A DNA stretch of 64,000 bases. It comes from Scenedesmus sp. PABB004 (lineage: Eukaryota). Below are positions 1 to 10,400 of the stretch, piece after piece. Positions within the stretch are counted from its first letter, which is position 1. Every line of letters starts with the position of its first letter. A program made the translations under genes and the position numbers. The notes beneath the pieces were generated by a model that was given only the letters and a program-made list of their open reading frames with translations, ran no database searches and was not told where the DNA came from. The stretch lies in the NCBI GenBank assembly GCA_014905635.1, contig JABVCE010000041.1, forward strand, positions 62,001-126,000. The letters run 5' to 3'.

Positions 1-3000
1 GAGGGAGGCAGGGAGGCAGGGAGGCAGAGGGGCGGTCAGCCTCTCCAGCACGCCACGCGCGGCCGCCGCGCGCCCCCCGCGCCACCACGCCGCCGCGCGC
101 CCGCACCAGCTGCCCTCCTGTCCCTGCAGCTTCTTCTGGCAGGGCCTGCCGTTGAAGTCGCGCGTGCAGGCGGGGTAGGCGAGGCCGCGGTCGCTGGAGA
201 TGTTGTACACGGTGCCGGCGACCTGGGGGAGGGGACGGGTGTGGGCGCGGGGACGGGCGTGGGTGTGTGGGACGGGTGTGTGGTGGGTGGGTGCGCGTGG
301 ATGTGTTGCGGGGGGGGGGGGGGGGGAGGAGTGCGTGTGCGGCTGCACGCGCGCGCGCGCGCGGCGGCGGCAGGGCGAGCAGGGGTGCGGGCAGGGGCGC
401 GCGGGCGCGGGCGCGCACCGCGACCCAGTCTGCGGTGGGGCTGAGGCCGAGGCCCTCGGTCTCGATCTGCCTGAACGTCACGCGCCGGTCCGACCGCCCG
501 CCGCCGCCGCCCATGCCCGAGAGCGCCGACACCGCCATCGTCGCGCCGCCGGCGTTGTCCCACCTGCGCGAGGGCGCGGGCGCGGGCGCGTGCGCGTCGC
601 GCGCGGGTCGCGCCCCGCAGAGACGCCACCCGCGCACGCCGCCGCGGCGCGGCGCCCTCGCGCTGCCGTCCCACGCGCGGTCGCGGGGCGGCGGTCGCGG
701 CCCCCCCTCCAGGCCCCCACCAGTTGCGCAGCGCGGCGGTCTCGGGGCGCTCCGGGTCGAGCAGCACGGTGCTGCTGCTGAGCGTGGAGAGGGACTTGCC
801 GTTGAAGTCGCCGACGCGCGCGCCCTTGATCGCGACGACCGGGTGCCCGCCTGACGCGGCCGCCGCCTCCAGCGCGTCGCCGGGCGCGTGCACAAACTTG
901 TCCCACAGCGTCACCTGCCGCGGCGCGCGGGGGCGGCGCGGGCGTGAGGCGGGGCGGGGGCGCGGGGCGCGCGGCGGCGGGAGGCGCCGGCGCCGGCGCG
1001 GCGCGCGCTGCTGCGCTGCTGCTGCGCTGCATGCGCTCCGTGCTGCTGCTCCGGCGGCGGACGCGCGCACGCGCACGCGCGCACGCGCGGCGGCGCGCGG
1101 TCACCTCGACGCTGCAGCCCGAGTCGTCGCGAATGACGAGGTTGCGCTTGCGCGTCTCGCTGCCGTCCTTGCGCGTGATGAGGCCCCACGGCGCGGCGCT
1201 CTCCAGCACGCCGACCACGTCCACCACGCCGCCCGCCTCGGTCGCCTGCAGCTCGCTCAGCTTCTTGAACTGACGCGCGGGCGCGCGGGCGCGGGCGCGG
1301 CGGGTGCGGGCGCGGCGGACGCGCGGGCGTGAGTGCGCGGCTGCGCCGCCGCGCGCCCCGCCGCCCCCGCGCCTCCTCCTCCGCGCGACCCCCTCCGTCC
1401 CCAAGCCAACACACGCGCAGCCAGGCACGCGACACCAGCCCTAAACCCAATGCGTGAATGACATGCAGAACCTAAACCCCGGCCGCCCGCCCGGCCGCCC
1501 TCAGGGGTCTCACGTTGAACATGATGAACGGGATCGCGGCCGCCTCGGGGTCCTCGTCCGCGGGCGCGACGACGCTGGAGCGCTCGAGGTAGATCTCATA
1601 CTCGTGGGGCGTGGTGTTGAACTTGGGGTTGCGCGGCTTCAGGCTCGCCTTGCTGATCGTCACCACGCGCCCGAGCTGGCCGCGGGGTGCCGGCGGCGGG
1701 CGGGGTGGGCGTGGGTGGGGGTGCAGCGCGAGGGCGCGCGCGCGGCGGCGGCGCGGCCGTTCGCCTGCGAGGCGCGAGCGCGCCCGACCCAACGCCCGCC
1801 GCCCGCGCCGCCCGCGCGCCCTGCCGCACCCAACACACATGCGCACACACACCCACACCCCCACCCGCGCGCGCACCTGCACCAGGTCTGCGTACTGGTC
1901 GACCTGGTCGTTCCACGCGGTCGCCCGGATCTCGCTGCCGTCGGCGTCGACGAGGTCAAAGCTCATCAGCTTGCCCTCGCTGCGCGGGTTGGACCAGCGC
2001 CGCACGTCGCCCTTCTGCGTCACGCGCGCGCGGATCGTCCAGCGCGCGAGGTAGGGGTTGAGCGCGCTCACCGGCACGATGCGCGGCGGGTCGGCGCTCT
2101 GCGTCACGGGGCCGCCGCCGCCGCCGTAGCCGCCGCCGTAGCCGCCGCCGCCGCCGCCGGGGCGGTACATGCCGGGCGCGGAGCCCGGCGCCGCGGCGGC
2201 CGCGGGCGCGGGCGCGCCGAACATGCCACCGGCGGCGGCGGGCGGCGGGCCGCCGAAGCCGCCGCCGCCGCCGTGCGGCGGGGCGCCGTAGCCGCCGCCG
2301 GGCGCGGGCGCGCCGCCGGCCGGGGGCGGGCCGCCGTAGGCGCCGTACTGCGGCGGCGGCGCGCCGCCGAGGTGCTGCTGCGCGGGGCCGGGGGCGGGCG
2401 CGTCGGGCACGGGCTGGGGGTCGCCGATGATGTCGGGCCACTGCGCCACGACGTCGAGGTTCAGGAAGATCAGCAGCCTGGAGGGGCGGGGGGAGAGCGG
2501 TGGGGGAGAGCGGTGGGGGAGAGCGGTGGGGGCGGGTGAGGGAGGGGAGGGGCGCGAGCCCCACGGGGCGAGCGGCGCGGGCCGCCGCTGCTGCGCCGGC
2601 GGCGGCGCCCGCGCGCGCTGCGCGATGGTGCGCGCGGCCCGCGGCGCGGGCCGTGGCAGGGCGGGGGCGGGCCAGGGGGCCCGGGCGCGGCGCCGCGGGC
2701 CCGGCGGCCGCGCGCGCGCGCGCGCAGCGTGGCCCAGCACGGCGGCGCCGCTGCTGCTGCTGCGCGCCGCGCCGCGCCGCCGCCCAGCCCGCCGCGGCGC
2801 GCACTTTTTGGAGGCGTTGGCGGCGCTGCCTCCCAGCTTCTTGTTGCCCACCAGCTCGCGCACGGCGATGACGGAGCCGCGCTGGATGGCCCCGCTGTCG
2901 ACCTGCTCCCGCAGCTGCGTGGCGAGCAGCGCGACGCACTTGTAGACGCCGTCGCTGCAGGTGATCTTGGTGCGGCGCGGGCCGGCGCCGTCCTTGGGCG

Positions 3001-3210
3001 TGATGTGGGTCATGTCTGCGCAGCGCGCGCAGCAGCATCGCGAGATGGCCGCCCGGCCCCCGCCCGCGCCGCGCCCGCCGCGCCCGCCGCGCCGCGGGGG
3101 CGGTGCGCGCACTCACCCAGAACCTGGACGTAGATCGTGCCCCCCGTAAAGTTCTCTTCCGCGAGGGCCTGCGCCAGCACGCCGCTGGAGAGGGCGGGCG
3201 GGCCCGCCAT
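1..3210 (-). CDS. RPA1: Replication protein A 70 kDa subunit (multi-exon; 3' end runs off the window)
   Basis: ATG at 3210 ([12 protein letters not shown]..). Spliced exons give the RPA70N OB fold (KITCSDG..ALLATQL), DBD-A ([57 protein letters not shown]), DBD-B ([51 protein letters not shown]) and the start of the DBD-C Zn finger ([16 protein letters not shown]). Confidence 0.95.
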
Positions 3211-3640
3211 GGCGCCGCCCGGCTGCTGTTCCCGCGCGCCGCGCGCTGATCGAACGCCCGCCGCGGCGGCCGGCCGGCCGCGCGGGGCGAGGAGAGCGAG
3301 CGCGCGCCCAGGGGGCGTCGCGAGCGACGGAGCGCGCGCTGCGAACGGCCGGGGTGGGCCCGGGGTCGCGGGCGTTGTGCCGGAGCCGCGGGGCGGGGGC
3401 GCGCATGCACCGGCGGCGCAGCGCGCGCGCCGCTGCCGAACCCCGCCGTTCGAGCGCGGCGCGCGCGCCGCCGGCGCTTTGGACCCGCTGCGCGGCCGGC
3501 ACGCGTTGCAGAGCCGGCGCACGGCCGCCAGCGCCAGCCCCAGTCGCCTGAACACGCGCGCCGACCGACGTGGCCGCGCCGCTGCGCTCGGCTGCCGCGG
3601 CTCCGCTCGCCGGCGGCCGCCGCCGCCGCACTGCGCCCGC

Positions 3641-5359
3641 TCAGCGCCCGAAGACGGCCTCCAGCTCGTCGGGTCGCAGCTCCCTGGCGGCGTGACGGCG
3701 CGCGGCGGGCGCGTTGCGGCGGCACACGCTGCCGCAGCGCGGGGGCCGCGGCCCGTCGCGGCGACGGCGCGGCGCGCCGGCGCTCACACGAAGCCGCCCG
3801 GCGGCAGGTCGCGCGGCAGCACCCAGCCGCCGATGCGCACGCGCGTGAGCATCAGCAGGCGCAGCCCGGCCGCCGCGACGAGCAGGCGCACCTGCGCGGC
3901 GGGCGGAGACGGCGCGGCACGCGTCGGGCAGCTGCTGCTGCCGCCGCCGCCGCCCGCCACAGCCCTGGCGCCAACCGGCGCACCTCGCGCGTCTTGCCCT
4001 CTGACACCTCCAGCGCGAGCGTCGTGCGCCCGCCGCGCGGCGCGCCGCGCGGCGGCGGCAGCACGCGCAGCGCCTTTGGCGCGACGTGCACGCCCTTCAC
4101 GACCGTGCCCGCCGCGAGCGCGTCGAGCTCCCGCTCCGTCGGCGGCGCCGGCAGAGCGACCCGGTACTCCTGCGCGGGCGGCGGCAGCGAGGGGCGGCGG
4201 GCGGGGAGGGGGTCCGCCGCGGGCGGCGTGGCGAGCTGCTGGCCCTGGCGCGGCGCGGCACGCCGCGTCCAGCCGCCCCCAGCCGCCTGGCGGGCCGGGC
4301 CGCGCCTTGAGCACGTTTGACGAGGGGTGGATTACGCGGTTGGCCCAGTCGCCTGCGCGCCGACGCGGCGCGGCGCGGCCTGAGCCAGCGGCGGCGCACA
4401 CCGCGCGCGCGCATCCGCCCACGATACCCATGCTGAGACCAGCCATCCGTTGCGGGTCGCAACGTCTGCCCACGCCCCCAGCCTCCCCCCCCCCCCCCCC
4501 CCCCCGCCGCACCGTCGTTGGTGACAAAGATCAGCCCCGCCGTCGCGACGTCGAGCCGCCCCACCGTGAACAGCCGCGGCGGCAGCGCGCCCTGGCGCGG
4601 CGCCGAGCGCGGCGCGTGAGCGGCGGCCGCCGGCACGCGTGCGCGCCCCGGCGCGCCGCGGCGCCAGCGCCGCGCACCGGGTGCCGGCGGCGCCACGCCT
4701 CCAGCCAGGGCGCGAGCAGGTCCACCGCGCGCCGCTCGCCCGCGCTGGAGCAGATGTAGCCGGGCGGCTTGTGCAGCGCAAAGTAGTGACGCGCCGGCGG
4801 CGCCGCGCCCGCGCCGACGCGGCGCCCGCCCACCTGCGGCGCGTGCGCTCAGGCCCCAGCCTCGCGCGCCGGGCTCGCGCGGTCGGCACAGGCCTCGCCG
4901 CCGCCCGGCCGCGCCCGGCCGGCCGGCTCGCGGCGCGCGCACCTCGAGCGTGTCGGCGCCCGGGCGCACGCGGCGCGCCGGGTCGGTCACGACCACGCCG
5001 TTCACCGCGACGCTGCCCTCCCGGACCAGCTCGATGCACCGCCGCCGGCTCGCCACGCCCGCGGCGGCGAGCGCCTTGGCCAGCCAGTCGCCGCCGCTCG
5101 CGTCGCCACCGCTCGCGCTGCCGTCGCCGCTGCTGCCGCGGCTGCCCTCCTGGCGGAGCTGCTGCTCCTGCCGCGCTCCCGGCGGGATCCTGGGACCTGG
5201 AGCTGCGCGCTGGGCGGCGTCCCGGGGCTGCTGCCGCGCTGGTCCTGGCCTGCGCGGCCCGCTGCCGCTGCTGCTGCCGCCGCGCGCCCCGGCGCCAGCG
5301 GCGCACGCCCGCCCCCCAGGCGGACTCCGCCAGGAGACACGGCGCGCGTGCTGCAGCAT
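3641..5359 (-). CDS. Organellar RsuA/RluB-family (SVR1-like) pseudouridine synthase with S4 domain, multi-exon
   Basis: Transit-peptide-like N-terminus. S4 domain WLAKALAAAGVASRRRCIELVREGSVAVNG, then YFALHKPPGYICS, catalytic RLFTVGRLDVATAGLIFVTNDG, HPSSNVLK|EYRV, VSEGKTREVR and LTRVRIGG. Last exon RELRPDELEAVFGR-TGA at 3641. Start codon is inferred. Confidence 0.9.
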
Positions 5360-5666
5360 CACGCCATGGCAGCGGCGGCAGCAGCGGCCGCCCGCCGCCG
5401 GGGCGCGGGCCGGCAGCGAGGGCGGCAGGCTCGGCTGCCGCGCGCACGGCTGGCCTGCCCCGCCTCTCCTGGGTGGCTGTTGCTTGGGGCGCTGCTCGGT
5501 GGACTGCAGCGGGAGGCACGGCCGCGCGAGCACGTGCCGGCGGCGCACGTCAGGGCTCAGCGAGCGGTTCGACCGCGGCCCCAACTCCCCTCGTGCCGCC
5601 CCCCCCCCCCGCCGCCGCTCGAGCGTGCGCCGCCGCCGCCGCTCGAGCCTGCGCGGCGCGCGCCGC

Positions 5667-6549
5667 TCAGCCCGACGCCGTGTCCGCGGGCGCCTCGCCG
5701 CTCCCGCCGCCGCCCGCCGCGGCGCCCGTGCCGCCGCCGGCGCGCGCCGCGCCCGGGTCGCGCAGCTCGCCCTTGCCCGCCGCGCCGCGGCCGGCGCGCG
5801 CCGCGCCCGGGTGGGCCATCCGGGGCAGCCCGGTGGCGGGGTTGACGTCCGCGCCGCCGCCGCGCCCGCGCCCTCGTTGTCGGCGCGCGTGCCCGCGGCG
5901 GCGCTGCCGCCGCTCAGGTCGTCGCCGCCGCCGGCGGCGTCGAGCGCGGGCGCAGCGCCCGGGTCCCGCGCGCGCGCGGCCGCCTCGGCCGCGGCGGTCG
6001 GGCTCGGGTCGCCCGCGTCGGCGCTGCCGCCGCCGCCGCCGGCGGCGCCCGGCGCGGCGTCGGGGCGCCCCGGGTGGTGGATGTCTCGCGCGCGCGCGCC
6101 GCGCGGCTCCGCGCCGTGGCCGGCCGCGGCGTTGAGCGAGCTCGTGTCGGCGGGGCCGTCGGGGTGGCGGTCGGGCGTCGCCGTGTCGGGCTCTCCGGGC
6201 TCCGCCGTGAAGCCTGCGCGCGGGCCCGGGAGCGCGGCGGAGCGTTGCGAGGTGCGACTGGCGCGAGCGCGGCCGAGCGTTGCGAGGTGCGACCGGCACG
6301 GCGTGCGGCGAGCTGCGGCGTGCGCGCGCCCGCCGCACCCGTGTTGCCGGGGTCGGTGAAATGGCCCGTCTCGCGCCCACCGCCGGCGCCGCCGCCGCCC
6401 GGCGAGCCGCTGCTGCCGTGCGCCGCGCGGCGCGGCGCGGCCGCGGCGCGCAGCCGGGCGCAGGGCGCGGCCAGCTGGCCCTGCAGGGCGCCCTGGGTGG
6501 CGCGCAGGGCGCCCTGGGAGGCCGCGACCAGGCCGACGACGGCACGCAT
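5667..6549 (-). CDS. Hypothetical hydrophilic Gly/Ala/Asp/Pro-rich protein with transit-peptide-like N-terminus; apparent frameshift near 5850-5875
   Basis: ATG 6549 (MRAVVGLVAASQGALRATQGALQ..), GT-AG intron 6214-6338, then GFTAEPGEPDTATPDRHPDG... Recurring HPG / RDPGAA motifs continue in a shifted frame to a stop at 5667. Confidence 0.5.
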
Positions 6550-7077
6550 CGTTCGCGGCCGGCGGCGACGCATCGGCCGCGAAACGAGCCTGGGAGGTCC
6601 CGCAGAGGGGCCCGGGCGGCGGGTCGGCTTGGGGCGGGCTGCAGAGTGGCTGCGGTGCCACGGCGCGCTCTCGTGCGGCGCGGAGGCGAGCGTCGGCGGC
6701 GTCTTTACTCGCGACGCACGCCCGCACACACGTCCGCCGGGCCCCCCCGCACACAAGTACGCCCGCGCTGGTGGCAGCGCGCCCCCCTCCCCCTCCCGCG
6801 CGCACAGCTTGCTCAGTGCTGAGGGCGCGAGGCTCGTGCGAGCCGGGCTCAGCGTGCCTCGGCCAAATCCGAGCGATCAAAGCGACCCGTGGGGTCGTCG
6901 TATACATGGTGCTGCTGAGCAGTGCGCGTCAAAACAGCCGGCCGCCGCGCGGCCGCGCCCGACCAGCAGCCGCGCGCGCGCCGGCGGCGGCGGCGCCGCA
7001 AGTGCTGCGCGCGTGCGGGTTGCCGCACGGCACGCAGATCAAGGTGCTCACCGGGCCAGCAGGCAGCGCAGGAGCGC

Positions 7078-9558
7078 CTACCAGGGGCTGCGGGCGCGGG
7101 CGCGGGCGGCGCAGTGGCGGTGCGGCGGGGGGCGCGTCGGCGCGCGCGCTCGCGTGCGTTGGTCGCCGCGCGGCGCCAGCGTGCCGGCCGGCCCGCTGCG
7201 CGCGCTCCGCGGCAGCAGCGCGGCGCGCGCTCGGCGGCGCTCACGTGACGCCGTTCTCCAGGTTGCTGTAGGCGCCGGGCACCGACAGGGTGTCGCCGCC
7301 CGCGAGGACCTGCGCGCGCGGGCGCGCGCGCGTGCGGGCGGCGAGGTGAGCGCGGGGGCGGCGCGCCTGCGATGGCACACACACGCACGCGCGCGCGCGC
7401 GCGCGCGCGCGCACGCACCTCGCTGTCGGCCGCGGCGGTGCTCTGCGCGCCCGACGCGGCGGCCTGGATGTCGCCCTCGGCGTCGGCCTGCTCCGCGTCG
7501 GTGGCGCCGTTGAAGTTCCAGCCCCACTCGAGCAGCGCGCGGCGCGCGGACGAGAGCTCCTCGCCCAGCAGGCTCAGCATGCGGCGGCCCGCCGCGGCGG
7601 GCGCGGGCTTGGTCGTCGGCGCGGGCGTGCCCTTGGCGGGGATGAGCACGGCGTCGATGCCGTGCACGATCGCCTGCGCGCGCGCCGCGGCAGGGGGCGA
7701 GGCCGCGAGCGTGCGCGTCGTGCGCGCGCGCGCGCGAGCGGCGTGCCGCGGCGCGCGCCGGGCCGGCGCGGCGCGGTGCGCGAGCGGCGCGCGGCGCAGG
7801 GGTGCGCGTGTGTGTTCCGGCGTCGCACCTGGCCGACGTGCACGTTGGCCTTGAGCACCTTAGCCGTGGTGCCGCTGTCGGCGAACACCTCGACGTCAGA
7901 GTAGGGAGCCTTCAGGCTGCTGCCCGCGGGCGGCTTGACGCTGCGGCGGCGGCGGCGGCGGCGGCGCGGCGGCGGGGGCGGGCGCGCGTCGGCGGCGCGC
8001 GGCGCGGCCGGCTCGGGCGCGGCAGCGCCGGCGCCGGCGCGCGCCCTGCGTGCCGAGTGCGCGGGCGGCGCACTCACACGTTGTACTTGATCGTCAGGTT
8101 GTGCCCGGGCAGGGTGGTCGGCACCGACGCGCCGTTCTTGAGCGTGCCGGGCAGCCCTGCTCCGAGCTGGCGCACGCCGGGGACGACGTGGTACTTGATG
8201 ATCGCCGCCGCCTCGGCGGGGCTCGGCGCGGCGCCGCCGGTGAGCTTGAGCTCGGCCTTGACGATCGCGGCGTTGTTGGGCACAAACACGGTCAGCGGCG
8301 CGCGCCCGCCCGCGAGCGTGTCGTTGAGGCCGGCGTAGAGGTACGCGTGGCAGAAGGTGGAGATGGTGAGCAGGCGCAGGCGGCAGAGGGCGGCAAAGCT
8401 GGTGAACACATTGTCTGGCGCGGCCGCCGCGTGGGCGAGGGCGGGCGCAGCGGGCGGCGGCCGGGGTGAGGGGGCGGGCGCCTGGGTCACGCAGCGGCCG
8501 CGCGTCCGCGCCGCTCACCGCTGAGCAGGACCTTGTCCACGGGGTGCGCGCTCTTGTTGTCGTCGATGGCAAAGTACTTCTTCACGTTTGCGACGTTGCC
8601 CTGCACGTCGGTGACCTTGACGCTCTTGTCCGGGAGGCGGCGGAAGAGCAGGTTGTTGGGCGGGCCCGCGAGCGTCGCGACGACGCGCGCGTCGCCCCTG
8701 TCAAAGATCTCCTCCGCGCGCACGTTGTGCCCGAGGATGAGGTGCTGCGCGACGAGCTGCTTCGCGAGCAGCGGCCGCGCCGCGAGGTCGGCGGCCGTGA
8801 GGCCCATGGAGCCCAGGAAGTCGGTGATGGCCTTGTCGTTGGGACTGGCGTCGGCGATCGCGCGCGCGATCGGGACGGGTGAGCGGGCGGTGAGGGAGCG
8901 GGCGGGGTGGGCGCGCGGCGGCGCGGGCGCGTGTGGGGCGGCGCGCGCGGCGGCCTCGCGCGGGGGCGGCGGCCGCGTCGCGCGCTCACACGAGGAGCGT
9001 GTAGTGGGCCTTGGGCGCGTTCAGCTTCGCCGTCATGCCCGCGGCGTCGAGCAGCACGGCGGCGAGCTTGAAGCCCTGCTTCTCCAGCGCGGCCTTGACA
9101 TCGGTCTTGTTCTGCGCCTGCGCGCGCGCGGCGGCGAGCGGCGGCGGCGGCGGGTGACCCCCGGAGCGAGCCCGGGCGGGCGCAGCGAGCCGGGAGGGTG
9201 GTGGTCCAGAGTCGTCCGGGAGCGGGAGGGGCCGCGGTCCAGGCCGGCGTGAGCCGGGTGGCACGCGCGGGGCAGCTCGCCCTGCACGCGATCGATCGCG
9301 GGCGCTCCCGCGGCGCCTGGGGCAGCTGGCGCACACACTACGCTGCGCTTTCAGCTGGTGGCCGTGCCGTTTGGCGTGCTTTTTGCCAGTCACACTCCGA
9401 TCGAGCAGCAGCCGCGCCCGGCGCCCTGGACCGACCGCGACCCGCGCGCTGCAGCCTAGAGCATGCCGGAAATCTGTCGATCGTGAAGGCCGGCTCACCT
9501 GCGCGGATGCGACGGCGCAGAGCGCGAGCGCCAGGAGCAGCAGCCTCGCGGGCGACAT
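7078..9558 (-). CDS. Secreted fasciclin (two FAS1 domains) protein, paralog A
   Basis: Signal peptide MSPARLLLLALALCAVASA. FAS1 H1 motifs YTLLVPNDKA and LTVFVPNNAA, a KYHVVPG core, and H2 motifs HPVDKVL and VHGIDAVLIP. Acidic C-terminal tail ends ..ENGVT|PW-TAG via a final micro-exon (7078-7087). Confidence 0.9.
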
Positions 9559-10400
9559 CCTGGGCAGCGTGCGTGGACGGCTGGCGCGGGACGGGGCGGG
9601 CGCAATGATCGAGAGCTCTGGGCGCGGCGGCGGGGGCGCGGCTAGCGAGAGGTGGCACCGCCAGGTTTAGCGAGAGGGTGCGTGCAGCCCCGTGGTCACG
9701 TCTCTTGCCGAGACAGGCCGCGGTCCGGGGAGGCTGGCTGGAGGCGCGGCGTCGCCCAGGCGTTACCCTGCGAGCAGCCAGGCCAGCTGCGGCTCGAACA
9801 TGCAGCGCACTTGCGGCAAGGGTGGCGGCCGCCGCTCGCGCAGGCGCGGGCCCACCAGGTGCCGGGGGAGCGGTGCTGGGGCAGCTGACCGAGCAGTGCG
9901 GAGCCGGTCGCCCCGATCTCCGCGACCGCGACGCTGCCAGCCGCCTGGGGCCGGCGCCGAGCGTGTCGCTCGCTGACCGGAGCCTGGCTGCGGTGGGTCC
10001 GCAGTTCCGGTGGTCCGCAGCAGTTACTCGACCTGTCCCGGGGACAAACAGGCCTTCCGTCTGGGGGACGGACGCCTGGAATGGCAAAGAGAGAGACGGG
10101 CGCGAAGTCTCAATACATATGGCCAGCACACGCGCGTCGCGCGCAGTTTTTGTGCGTATGTACGCGCGCACGGCCGGCGCAGGCGTGTGCGGCCGGTGGT
10201 CGACGAAATGCGTGTGTGCAGCACACCCCCATGCAGCGCGCCCCGCGCCGTGCAAGCTGCGACCGCCCGGCTGCGCCACGCGGCGCGCGACCGCGCCCGC
10301 CGCCAGTGGGGCTGCCCCACTTCCGGCAGGGGCTGGGCCGCCGCCAGCCGCCTCGTACGGATCGCGAGCTCCCTCCCACTCAATAAAAGAGCACGCGCGC

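Noticed and set aside
1438..1480. Two CCTAAACCC telomere-like motifs in an RPA70 intron
   Set aside because: Only two short, non-tandem copies; too little to call an interstitial telomere or telo-box.
6238..6294. Direct repeat of GAGCGTTGCGAGGTGCGAC in an intron
   Set aside because: Two local copies only; looks like an ordinary slippage duplication.
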